Source: an uncultured candidate division Zixibacteria bacterium
GTDB lineage: Bacteria > Zixibacteria > MSB-5A5 > UBA10806
Length of the DNA stretch: 64,000 nucleotides
Direction of reading: 5' to 3'
NCBI GenBank assembly: GCA_963801605.1
Contig: CAWDFP010000006.1
Coordinates: forward strand, 512,001 to 576,000
Translations under genes and position numbers: made by a program
In this document: positions 9,377-18,639 of the stretch, piece by piece
How positions within the stretch are numbered: the first letter of the stretch is position 1
Layout of the letters: every line of letters begins with the position of its first letter
Notes under the pieces: generated by a model
Told to the model about the DNA's origin: nothing
The model's database searches: none
The model's input: the letters and a program-made list of their open reading frames with translations, nothing else

Positions 9377-11053
9377 GTGAATAAATCGTCCCGCTTCATT
9401 TTGATAAGCCTGATAGCTGGCGTCACAGCCATGATTCTGTTGGTAAGTGCCACATTTGTTTATAGAGATAGGTTTCTCCCCTGGATCCTGACGAGATTGA
9501 GAATGGAGAATCCTAACTCCTTCATTCTAACCGCCCGGGCTATGCAGGCCGGCATGGCCGACCCGTCCAGGGGCGACCCGGCATCCGCGGCCAGCGCCAT
9601 GATGGGCGATGCGCAGCTGTCAGAGTCCGTTGCTGATAGTATCTCACCAGGGCAGACCAACCGGCACGAAATCAATCTCGACAAAACCGGGCAGGTGTCA
9701 TTTACATGTTTTACCCACGGCTATCTGCATCTGGTGCTGACAGACCCCAACGGCGTCCGAATCGATTCGGCAGCTACCAGGGGCGATCAAACCAGCGCCT
9801 ATGTAAGCGCGGAAATGGAAGAGGGGCAGAATATCATCAGCGTTATCTTGGGAGACAATCCTCCGCCCGGCAAATGGATCATTGAAATCTCATCGGATAA
9901 GGCAAATAGCAAAGCAGCCTATTATATGCTCATGACGCTATCTCAAGGCTCCAGCATTAATCTCGTGGCGAAAACCGAAAAGGACTATTACTTCAAAGGC
10001 GATACGATCCTAGTAATGGCAAGTCTAAAGGACAACTCAACACCAGTGACCGGCGCTAAGGTTGAAGCGTTAGCATGGCAAACAAATGAACGTAACGATA
10101 CACTTTACCTTTATGACGATGGCGCCCACGGCGACTCGCTGTCCGATGACGGGCTTTACGCTAATAAATATCCCATCGAATCCAAAACCGGATTTCTAAT
10201 TTTCTCAATTAAGGCAACCGGGGAGGGCGAAAAACCTTTCACGAGATACGGCTCGACCATGGCCAATATAGCCCGAAGCCGGGCGAAGCTTAACGGTATT
10301 TTCAGCGACTACGGGCGCGATACTGACGGCGATCAACTGTTCGATGAGCTAATCGTCGAGGCCGGAATAAATGTCATCGATCCGGATACGTTTCGGTTTG
10401 GCGCTCAACTTCGTGTCCCGGACGGCCCCCATGGCAAGCCCGCCCCGGGAGATGAGTATATCGCCTCGTGCCTTGGAAGCTTCAGCGCCGACACCTTTCT
10501 GACCGCAGGCGAGCACAAATTATTGATAGCGTTCGATGGCGAGCATCTTTACGAAAAACATCACGACGGACCATATCAGTTTGAACAGCTGTCGGTTTAT
10601 TTATTCGATATTTCCGGTTCCCAAGGCGTGGATACATACAATGGCATCTACCTGACTAAAAAATACAGCTTTTGGGATTTCCAGGGGGCGGGCATTCTGC
10701 TTGACGGCGAGTATTCTGATCAGGGCCTCGACATTAACGGTGACGGCCTTTATGACTCACTTATTGTCAGCCTCAATATCGATATCCGTTCATCAGATAC
10801 CTATGTCTGGCAGTCTACGCTATTTGGAGACCGGGCAGGCCAAGGTCTTGATTATACTATGGCTGAATGTCCTCTTAAAAAGGGAGTTAATACGATACGG
10901 TTTTCGTTCAAGGGTTCGAAGCTGCGCGTAGGTGGGTTGGACGGCCCCTATGAAATGACCGGTATCGCCATATATGGGAAAACAACTGGCGCCAGCATTG
11001 TTGATATGAAAAAGATTATGACGCATAGCTATAAATATACTCAGTTTGAGTAG
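9377..11053 (+). CDS. Membrane-anchored/secreted protein with choice-of-anchor X-like domain and two repeated Ca-binding-like modules
   Basis: N-terminal TM segment; LYDDGAHGDSLSDDGLY; repeats DTDGDQLFDELIV..DGPY and DINGDGLYDSLIV..DGPY. Confidence 0.75.
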   Translation: MNKSSRFILISLIAGVTAMILLVSATFVYRDRFLPWILTRLRMENPNSFILTARAMQAGMADPSRGDPASAASAMMGDAQLSESVADSISPGQTNRHEINLDKTGQVSFTCFTHGYLHLVLTDPNGVRIDSAATRGDQTSAYVSAEMEEGQNIISVILGDNPPPGKWIIEISSDKANSKAAYYMLMTLSQGSSINLVAKTEKDYYFKGDTILVMASLKDNSTPVTGAKVEALAWQTNERNDTLYLYDDGAHGDSLSDDGLYANKYPIESKTGFLIFSIKATGEGEKPFTRYGSTMANIARSRAKLNGIFSDYGRDTDGDQLFDELIVEAGINVIDPDTFRFGAQLRVPDGPHGKPAPGDEYIASCLGSFSADTFLTAGEHKLLIAFDGEHLYEKHHDGPYQFEQLSVYLFDISGSQGVDTYNGIYLTKKYSFWDFQGAGILLDGEYSDQGLDINGDGLYDSLIVSLNIDIRSSDTYVWQSTLFGDRAGQGLDYTMAECPLKKGVNTIRFSFKGSKLRVGGLDGPYEMTGIAIYGKTTGASIVDMKKIMTHSYKYTQFE

Positions 11054-11174
11054 TGATATACTTCTGGCCAAGCCCAAATCTCCCCCGTTTCTTTTTGGCC
11101 CTCTAATTTCGTATAATGGATAATTGTTTTCGGGCGGGCTTAGGGGAAGGTCATGGATACACCCCTCAAAGCCC

Positions 11175-11299
11175 GTCATTGCGAGCGAGTCCTCTTAGGA
11201 CGAGCGAAGCAATCCCCCTGAATAAATCGTCTCTTATTATAAGTGACGTGGTGGGGTTGGGGATTGCTTCGTCCCGCTAAAAGCGGGACTCGCAATGAC
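11175..11299. repeat. REPIN-like inverted repeat GTCATTGCGAG..GAAGCAATCCCC / GGGGATTGCTTCG..CTCGCAATGAC
   Basis: Complementary outer arms, each with an internal hairpin. Confidence 0.8.
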
Positions 11300-11366
11300 A
11301 AAAGATTTAAAGCGGGTTGCGGGGGCGCCCGCCAATGACATCGAAAATTTAATATCGGGAGGATAA

Positions 11367-12360
11367 ATGGCAGCGGAAAAAAGCGATCTTAGGGCAGTCG
11401 AGCGGCTCAACGAGGGGTTCGGAAAGATAAAGTCGGAAATCGGCAAGGTCATTATCGGGCAGGACCAGGTAATTGAACAGCTTTTGGTGGCGATACTGGC
11501 CCGCGGACATTGCCTGTTCGTCGGTGTGCCGGGGCTGGCCAAAACGCTTTTGATCTCGACTTTGTCTCGCACGCTCGATCTCAAGTTCTCGCGTATCCAG
11601 TTTACGCCCGATCTGATGCCATCCGATATCACCGGTACCGAGCTTATCGAGGAAAACCGGGCCACCGGTAAGCGCGAGTTCCGGTTCGTGCGCGGGCCGA
11701 TCTTCGCCAATATCATTTTAGCCGACGAAATCAACCGCACTCCGCCCAAGACCCAATCAGCGCTGCTTCAGGCGATGCAGGAGTACGAGGTGACCGCCGC
11801 CGGAACCACCAACAAGCTCGAGAAACCGTTCTTTCGTGCTGGCCACCCAGAATCCAATCGAGCAGGAAGGCACCTACCCGTTGCCCGAGGCGCAGCTTGA
11901 CCGTTTCATGTTCAATATCTATGTCGATTACCCGTCGGAGGCCGAGGAAGCCGAAATCGTGCGCACTACGACCTCGGCGTTTACATCCGATGTCAACATC
12001 GTCATGAAATCCGAGGAGGTCCTCGAATTGCAGGAGTTGGTCCGCCGGGTACCGGTAGCCGATACGATGATTAAATATGCGGTCCGTCTGGCCCGCGCTA
12101 CGAGGCCGGTTGAAGGTTCGCCGGAGTATATCAGGAATTGGGTTAGCTGGGGGGCCGGGCCGCGCGCCTCGCAGTATCTGGTGTTGGGCGCCAAGACCCG
12201 CGCCATTCTGTACGGCCGTCCGACTCCGTCATTAGAGGATATCCGCGCGGTGGCTCGTCCGGTGCTTCGTCACAGGATTGTGACCTCATTCTCCGCCGAA
12301 GCCGAAGGTGTCAGCACGCTGGATATTGTGGATAGGCTGCTGAAGGAGATTGCGGAATAG
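11367..12360 (+). CDS. MoxR-family AAA+ ATPase (apparent frameshift near 11830)
   Basis: [38 protein letters not shown], then [23 protein letters not shown] in another frame. Confidence 0.9.
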
Positions 12361-12393
12361 TTGCGATTCGCGGGTTACGCGTCAAAAGAACGG

Positions 12394-12437
12394 TTCCGTC
12401 AGGTCATAGACGCCGAAGGCGGCATAACCTGACGGAG
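12394..12437. repeat. Branched hairpin TTCCGTCAGGT..GCCGAAGGC..ACCTGACGGAG (terminator or REP-like)
   Basis: Inverted arms after moxR, followed by TAATTTTT. Confidence 0.55.
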
Positions 12438-12457
12438 TAATTTTTATGGCAGCAATA

Positions 12458-12544
12458 GGCTGGCATACGAGGACGTATGCCAGCCACAAGGCGGACGGCG
12501 GCTTGATCCAATGAGTGGTTGGCGCACCTCCCGGTGTGCCAACT
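12458..12544. repeat. REP doublet upstream of RAYT (two inverted GTGG-footed REPs)
   Basis: Minus strand GTGGCTGGCATACG-TCCT-CGTATGCCAGCC (12458-12487); plus strand GTGGTTGGCGCACC-TCCC-GGTGTGCCAACT (12515-12544). Confidence 0.85.
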
Positions 12545-12555
12545 GAGGTAGCAGC

Positions 12556-13075
12556 ATGCCAGTATCGACTGAAGGAAATAAATGGCCCAGCGCTGGTTTT
12601 TGTCTCCACGACCGTTATAGATTGGGCGGCGATTTTAACCGGCGAAACTGCATTGGTTGTAATCAGACAGTTCGCGGAGACGTCTGAACGGTTCAAGGTA
12701 TCGGTAATAGGGTATGTCCTGATGCCCTCCCATTTGCACGCGTTGTTAGGATTAAGAGATATCACTAAGTTATCGAAATTCATGCAGAGCTTTAAGGGGC
12801 TTTCCTCAAGAGCCGCAAAGGGTACTATATTTAAATCAGGTAGTAATCACCAGTTTGAAGGCGATGGCTTTAAACTTTGGAAAAGAAGATTCGATGATGT
12901 CATTATTGAGTCGGAGAAGCAATTTCGTATTAAGCTCGATTACATCCATACAAATCCGGTGCGGGCGGGTTTGGTTGAATCGCCCACGGATTGGGTCTAT
13001 TCCAGTGCAAAGGACTGGCTAACAGAAAAAAGAGGGCTTGTTAAAATTGATAAAGAGTTCTTGTGGCATGATTAG
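12556..13075 (+). mobile_element. REP-associated tyrosine transposase (RAYT/TnpA_REP, Y1 HUH)
   Basis: YVLMPSHLHALL (HUH); WKRRFDD..KLDYIHTNPVRAGLVESPTDWVYSSA; flanked by REPs; the SD-preceded ATG at 12556 is one base out of frame. Confidence 0.9.
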
Positions 13076-13146
13076 GCTGGCACACGGGGACGTATGCCAG
13101 CCACAGGAACGTGGCTGTGGATGGTGCACCTCCCGGTGTGCCAGTT
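13075..13146. repeat. REP doublet downstream of RAYT
   Basis: GGCTGGCACACG-GGGA-CGTATGCCAGCCAC (13075-13104) and GTGGATGGTGCACC-TCCC-GGTGTGCCAGTT (13117-13146), near copies of the upstream pair. Confidence 0.85.
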
Positions 13147-13168
13147 GACCCTAACAAGGATTGAATAA

Positions 13169-13621
13169 ATGCCATCAAAGAAATTTGAGACAACCATCAA
13201 ACAAGACGATGCCACCAGCGGCTGCTTCATCGAACTACCGTTCGATCCTAAGGCGGAGTTAGGCAAAGTGCGTGCGCCGGTGAAAGTGACAATCAACGGC
13301 TACACTTTCAGGAGCACTATTTTCTTTATGGGCGGATGTTATATGGTGCCGTTCAACAAGGCCAACCGCGATGGGGCAGGCGCAGCCGCCGGAGATAAGA
13401 TCGAGGTGCTAATCGAGCCCGATAACGAGAAAAGATCGGTCGCCATTCCCGAGGATCTTGCCACCGCGCTCGCCAAAAACAAGAAGCTGATGGCCGTCTG
13501 GGAGAAGATGAGTTATACCCACAAGCGCGAATATGTCGATTCAATCGAAAAGGCTGTTCGTCCGGAGACACGAAGAAGGCGAATCGAAAAGACGCTGGAC
13601 GCTCTGGAAAAGAAGTTGTGA
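13169..13621 (+). CDS. YdeI/OmpD-associated family protein (DUF1905 + OmdA)
   Basis: PVKVTINGYTFRSTI; IPEDLATAL..SYTHKREYV..AVRPETRRRRIEK. Confidence 0.88.
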   Translation: MPSKKFETTIKQDDATSGCFIELPFDPKAELGKVRAPVKVTINGYTFRSTIFFMGGCYMVPFNKANRDGAGAAAGDKIEVLIEPDNEKRSVAIPEDLATALAKNKKLMAVWEKMSYTHKREYVDSIEKAVRPETRRRRIEKTLDALEKKL

Positions 13622-13738
13622 ATTATAGGTTAGGGGTCAACCCATAAAAAAAAGTCGTTATTAATAATCTTTACTGTTTACCTGACGGTTCCAATATCAT
13701 ATAATTCCTATAGTTACTTTTAAAACGGAGGAATATTT

Positions 13739-14260
13739 ATGGCCAGAGGAATGGTTGCCATGGCGGCTATCGTTGCTGTCGCAGCGCTCTTTGCCGGATG
13801 TGGAAAGCGCGCCGGGCAGGTTGAAGAGTTGAAGTCTTTCCCGTTGGATTATCCCGGCGGCCTGCTCACCCAATCCAATCTCGAAATTGATACCACGATC
13901 TCAGCAGACGGGAAAGCGTCATTGAAAATAACGGCGCCCGATACAACCGTTGTCAGGCTCTATGAGGTCAGCGGCATCGATATCGAAAACGCCCGCCTAA
14001 TCTATCAGGCTAAGCTTCGCTGCAAAGACCTGACCGGAAAGGCGTTTCTCGAGATGTGGTGCCATTTCCCCGGAACCGGCGAATATTTCTCGCGCGGCCT
14101 GCAAACCCCAGTGTCCGGCACTATGGACTGGATAACGGCCGAAACTCCTTTTTTGCTGAAGGAAGGCGAAAAGCCCGATATAATCAGACTCAATCTCGCG
14201 ATTGCCGGCAAGGGTGATGTTTGGATTGACGATATCCGGCTCCTAAAAGCGCCGCTATAA
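13739..14260 (+). CDS. Hypothetical lipoprotein, probable jelly-roll/CBM-like fold
   Basis: Lipobox FAGC; C-terminal GKGDVWIDDIRL. Confidence 0.75.
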   Translation: MARGMVAMAAIVAVAALFAGCGKRAGQVEELKSFPLDYPGGLLTQSNLEIDTTISADGKASLKITAPDTTVVRLYEVSGIDIENARLIYQAKLRCKDLTGKAFLEMWCHFPGTGEYFSRGLQTPVSGTMDWITAETPFLLKEGEKPDIIRLNLAIAGKGDVWIDDIRLLKAPL

Positions 14261-14372
14261 CTAAAAGTCGGTATCTTATAACATAATCGCGCCTAACCCA
14301 ATGCAACATCGCCCCGGGTTATCCGTAAAGCTTGTTGTAGATATCGGGATATAACTTTAATGGAAGGAAATC

Positions 14373-14939
14373 ATGGCTGAACGTGTTTGCCCGTGGTGGA
14401 TGGGATACCTGTTAGCAAATCCTCTTAGAAGACTATATCAAAATCCGGAGACTATCCTGAGGCCGTTTGTCAAAAGCGGAATGACAGTGCTCGATCTCGG
14501 CCCCGGAATGGGGTATTTCTCGCTTCCGATGGCACGAATGGTAGGCGATAGCGGCAGGATTATATGTGTCGATGTTCAAGAGAAAATGCTGAATTCGTTA
14601 TCCCGTCGAGCGCGTCGGGCCGGACTCGACTCACGTATTATCACCAGGTTAGCGTCAACGAACTCACTCAATATCGCCGATCTTGCGGGGCAGGTTGATT
14701 TAGTTCTGGCATTCGCGGTAGTACATGAGATACCAGACAAGCAGAGCCTGTTCGGACAGCTTCATAATGCGATGAAAAGCGGCGCAACAATATTAATCGC
14801 TGAGCCGGCGGGACATGTGACCAGCGAAAGCTTTGCGGATATGCTTGAAATCGCAGAGCGTCAGGGATTCGAAAAAGCCTCGAACCCGACTATTAGTGGA
14901 AGTATTAGCGTAGTGCTAAGAAAACAGGTTATAAATTAA
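14373..14939 (+). CDS. Class I SAM-dependent methyltransferase
   Basis: VLDLGPGMGYF; VCPWWMGYLLANPLRR N-terminus. Confidence 0.88.
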   Translation: MAERVCPWWMGYLLANPLRRLYQNPETILRPFVKSGMTVLDLGPGMGYFSLPMARMVGDSGRIICVDVQEKMLNSLSRRARRAGLDSRIITRLASTNSLNIADLAGQVDLVLAFAVVHEIPDKQSLFGQLHNAMKSGATILIAEPAGHVTSESFADMLEIAERQGFEKASNPTISGSISVVLRKQVIN

Positions 14940-14960
14940 TCAAAGATATTGAAACCGAAA

Positions 14961-15770
14961 TCAGAATTTACCCATCATCCAAAGCATAATGATGTAAATC
15001 GTAAGATCCGCTATGAAGTGGACAACCATCGGCGCCAGTAGCCCTTTCGAACGATGACGCACCCAGCCCAATAGAATGCCATATACAAACGCCATCGCCA
15101 CCCCTATCGGCCCTCGCGGAAAGCCCTGGATATGCGCGATACCAAATATCGCGGCCTGAAGGGTTGTCACAATGACGACATTCCCAAATATACGAGCGAA
15201 TGCCTCCCACAAAATTCCCCGATAGATCGATTCCTCAACTATGGAATTTGCGATTGCAAAAGCCAGCCCCACGAAAATTAGGGTCCCCAGTTTCTGATTA
15301 GGGATTAGCGATAATAGATCGCTTAGATTTGGGCTGGTGAAAACGGTCCAGAGATAGAGCGCAAAAGAACTGACAGCGGCAATCGCCAGACCGGCCAGCC
15401 AGGTGGATTTGTCAATCTTGCCCTGATGGTACCAGCGGCAATGTTTCTTAAGCGACGGGAACAGCCAGATCAGGGTAGAATAAATCGCCAATGGAATCAG
15501 CAGGAAAAGACCCAGCCTGACAAACGGAACGGGAAGCATGGTAGTCAGAAACGCCATCAGGAAAAAAAGCGACGGCCCAAACAGCGCTTTTTCGGATTTC
15601 AGGAAATAGATTATGATTCCAAATAGAAGCAGTACGGTCAGCCAGTTGTAAAGGGGATTTGTGAAATGAACAAATAGGCCTGTCAGCATCACAAGGATAA
15701 AGAGCAGGCTTTGAATAACCCAGGTCGGCCCCATTCTCCCAGCCTTATTGATTGTTTTCGAATCTTTCAT
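14961..15770 (-). CDS. CPBP/CAAX intramembrane metalloprotease
   Basis: EESIYRG, FGIAH and HFIAD motifs; multiple TM segments. Confidence 0.88.
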   Translation of the reverse strand: MKDSKTINKAGRMGPTWVIQSLLFILVMLTGLFVHFTNPLYNWLTVLLLFGIIIYFLKSEKALFGPSLFFLMAFLTTMLPVPFVRLGLFLLIPLAIYSTLIWLFPSLKKHCRWYHQGKIDKSTWLAGLAIAAVSSFALYLWTVFTSPNLSDLLSLIPNQKLGTLIFVGLAFAIANSIVEESIYRGILWEAFARIFGNVVIVTTLQAAIFGIAHIQGFPRGPIGVAMAFVYGILLGWVRHRSKGLLAPMVVHFIADLTIYIIMLWMMGKF

Positions 15771-16018
15771 TTGAAGTATAGCCTATCCCTTATTAACATT
15801 TTCCCGGAAACCAACACGAGGCTATTTATCTGTCTACCCTGCTATTGGTCCGGCGCATAGTCTCGTTTGCAGATTAAGACTATTATCTAACCGGGCTATC
15901 TATCAAGTTAATTTATGGAAAGGAGTCGATAAAAGGCATTTAATAAATGCTTTTTCCTTGCCTATGGACGAAAGGGTGATTAATTTTATTATAACAATTT
16001 TTCTCAATTGGAGGAAAT

Positions 16019-16594
16019 ATGATAGTGCCTGGCCAGAGGCTGTTTATATTTGTCATAGTTTTCTGTATGGGGTCATATTATTGGGCCCAAGGCGCCAAAC
16101 CGCAGAAAGAGGGGGTGAATATGCCATCAACAGTTGAAACTATAGAGCTTAAAAGCAGTGCTTTTAAGCCCGGGGAGATGATCCCCAAGAAATATACCTG
16201 CGATGCCGAGGATATTTCGCCGCAAATATCCTGGTCCAAAATTCCAGGCGAAACCAAGGAGTTGGCCTTAATATGTGATGATCCCGACGCTCCGATGGGA
16301 ATTTGGGTACATTGGGTGATTTATGGTATCCCACCAGCTACCAACAACCTTTCAGAAAATGTGCCCAAAAAAGACACCATCATGGGTTTCCATCAGGGGA
16401 AAAACAGTTTCGGCAAAATTGGCTATGGCGGTCCCTGCCCTCCGCCCGGATCAACTCATCGTTATGTTTTTAAGCTTTACGCCCTTAATGTTACTCTGGC
16501 TCTCAAACCCGGCGCTTCCAAATCTGATCTCGTAAAAGCGATGGATGGACATATTTTAGCCCAGGGGGAACTAATAGGACTTTATGGCCGGTAA
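16019..16594 (+). CDS. YbhB/YbcL family (PEBP/Raf kinase inhibitor-like) protein
   Basis: DDPDAP..WVHWVIY; GYGGPCPPPG.THRYVFKLYAL. Confidence 0.93.
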   Translation: MIVPGQRLFIFVIVFCMGSYYWAQGAKPQKEGVNMPSTVETIELKSSAFKPGEMIPKKYTCDAEDISPQISWSKIPGETKELALICDDPDAPMGIWVHWVIYGIPPATNNLSENVPKKDTIMGFHQGKNSFGKIGYGGPCPPPGSTHRYVFKLYALNVTLALKPGASKSDLVKAMDGHILAQGELIGLYGR

Positions 16595-16600
16595 GATCGC

Positions 16601-17482
16601 TTAAAATGAAATTTTGATTACCGAATCAAGCATGAGTCCGACAAAGACCAGCAGAAGATAGATTATTGAATATCCAAAAAGTCCACGCTTAAGACTATCG
16701 GTTTTAATTCTTATCATCCGGATTGCTTTGTAAATAAAAAGGCATCCCGCCATCAGGGCCACAAGCCCATAGAGCAAACCCGCTCCAACCAGCAGACAGG
16801 AAATGCTAAAAATCGTTAGCGTCAGCACATAAAACATTATCTGTCGCATGGTAAAATTCTCGCCGCGGGCAACGGGCATCATAGGATATTTAACCATCTC
16901 ATAGTCTTGGCGCAAATAAAGCGCCAACGCCCAGAAATGAGGCGGGGTCCAAAGAAAAATGATCGCTGAAAGCAGCATCGGCGTGATCGTAACGGTTCCG
17001 GTGACCGCAGCCCAGGCGATTATGGGGGCCATGGCGCCGGCCGCTCCGCCTATAACAATATTGTATGGAGTTCGAGGCTTCAAATAAAGGGTGTAAAAAA
17101 ACGAATAGAACAGAATAGTTAAAAGCGCCAAGCCGGCACTCAGAAAATTGAAATTTATCGCAAAAATCGCAACACCGATTAAGCCGATTACGATCGCAAA
17201 TATGAGGGCACTGCCAGGCTTAATCAGTCTCAGGGGCAATGGACGTTTATTCCTGGTGCGCGTCATAACGGAATCGATCTCGCGTTCAAGATACATGTTG
17301 AAAGCATTGGCCGAACCCCCGGTGAGCAGAAGCGCCAAGAGAATCAATCCAAACTTAATGATACCCTCGGGCCAGCCAAGCTTTAATAGCGAACCTTCCA
17401 GCACCAGTGAGGTTGCTCCTGTTAAGAGAACCAAAAGCATGATGTAGGGTTTCATTAAGGCGATGTAAGGTTTAATTTTCAT
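16601..17482 (-). CDS. cyoE: Protoheme IX farnesyltransferase (heme O synthase)
   Basis: NMYLEREIDSVMTRT, YTLYLKPRTPYNIVIGG and WTPPHFWALA motifs. Confidence 0.95.
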   Translation of the reverse strand: MKIKPYIALMKPYIMLLVLLTGATSLVLEGSLLKLGWPEGIIKFGLILLALLLTGGSANAFNMYLEREIDSVMTRTRNKRPLPLRLIKPGSALIFAIVIGLIGVAIFAINFNFLSAGLALLTILFYSFFYTLYLKPRTPYNIVIGGAAGAMAPIIAWAAVTGTVTITPMLLSAIIFLWTPPHFWALALYLRQDYEMVKYPMMPVARGENFTMRQIMFYVLTLTIFSISCLLVGAGLLYGLVALMAGCLFIYKAIRMIRIKTDSLKRGLFGYSIIYLLLVFVGLMLDSVIKISF

Positions 17483-17642
17483 TCCGATATTGCTAATTTC
17501 CAATCTATACTGAAGAATCAATTTTCAGCAAAGCGAGTTCCCGTCGCCCTTTAACGTCAAATCCTAAAAAGACTGATTCAGCCGTCAGTCGATTTACATA
17601 TATAACAAACTTGCCGGAGAATGTAATCTGAAAAATTGAAGG

Positions 17643-17752
17643 TAGCCTGGAGCCTCAGGATGGGTGCGGTCAGCAAATACTGCCAGCACGCCATCCTGAA
17701 GCATCGGGGAATCCGGTATCGGGCAACAAACGACCCAATCCATTACAGGCTA
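17643..17752. other. Multi-stem structured element (candidate ncRNA or REP-like)
   Basis: Closing stem TAGCCTG/CAGGCTA; long stem GCCTCAGGATGG-GTGC/GCAC-G-CCATCCTGAAGC; two smaller hairpins. Confidence 0.45.
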
Positions 17753-17757
17753 ATATT

Positions 17758-18519
17758 TTATTTCTTTCGCGCCCAGATCAGATCGTATTTGAAATCCTCA
17801 GTGATGACACCATCGGGATAAAAAGCGCGTATGCCATTTTCGACCTGGCTTAAGAATCTGTCGAGAATATCAGGCTCCATAGCATCACCAATAAACGACT
17901 TAGAGCGTTGCCAGCGAAGATATGTCTCCAAATCGTAAACCCTGGAACCGGAAAATCGTTTCTGACCGATATCGCAAAAGCGACCGTCATCAACAAGCAT
18001 GGCGACGTAGTCGGCATCCATGCGTCCGGGATCATAATTTGGATTATACTGGTGCGTGAGTTTCTCGATAAAGGCTTGATGAGGCTCTTTGAGATCCTTT
18101 CGTCGATACCAGACCAGGCCAAGCCCTCCGCCAGGACGTAGTATCCTCACAATTTCCGAAAGAGATTTCTGCCCATGCAACCAGTGAAAGCTTTGAGCAG
18201 CAGTCACTAAATCACAGCTCTCCGATTTTACGGGTAGACACTCGCCTTTGCCGCAAACAGCCTCAAAGCAAAAATCGCGGTAAAATTTGATACCGGCCTT
18301 GAGCAGAGGAAATGAGAGATCGATACCTGTAACCAAGCCGGCATCATGGCCGCAGGATAGAAGCTGCGTAAAGATACCGGTGCCGCAGGCGACATCCACC
18401 AAAACCGAAGAGCGGTTTATGGAAAAGTGATCGAACAGGAATGTTTTAATTTCCGGGGGATAACCGGGCCGGGAACAGGCATAGTCCTCGGCGTACTTCT
18501 CGAACAAAGGCTCATTCAT
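17758..18519 (-). CDS. Class I SAM-dependent methyltransferase
   Basis: YACSRPGYP, VDVACGTGIFT and AAQSFHW motifs. Confidence 0.9.
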   Translation of the reverse strand: MNEPLFEKYAEDYACSRPGYPPEIKTFLFDHFSINRSSVLVDVACGTGIFTQLLSCGHDAGLVTGIDLSFPLLKAGIKFYRDFCFEAVCGKGECLPVKSESCDLVTAAQSFHWLHGQKSLSEIVRILRPGGGLGLVWYRRKDLKEPHQAFIEKLTHQYNPNYDPGRMDADYVAMLVDDGRFCDIGQKRFSGSRVYDLETYLRWQRSKSFIGDAMEPDILDRFLSQVENGIRAFYPDGVITEDFKYDLIWARKK

Positions 18520-18639
18520 TACACCAAGCCCTAACAAAGGGTTAAACTAACCCCAGTATCCCAAGCGCAAGATATAAATTAATGGATGAATGTAAAGAGA
18601 TTAATTCAGGATTTTTTAGTTATTTTTATTTATGCCTAA

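Noticed and set aside
12458..13146. Repeats around the RAYT as a CRISPR array
   Set aside because: They alternate in orientation, lack regular spacers, and no cas genes are present
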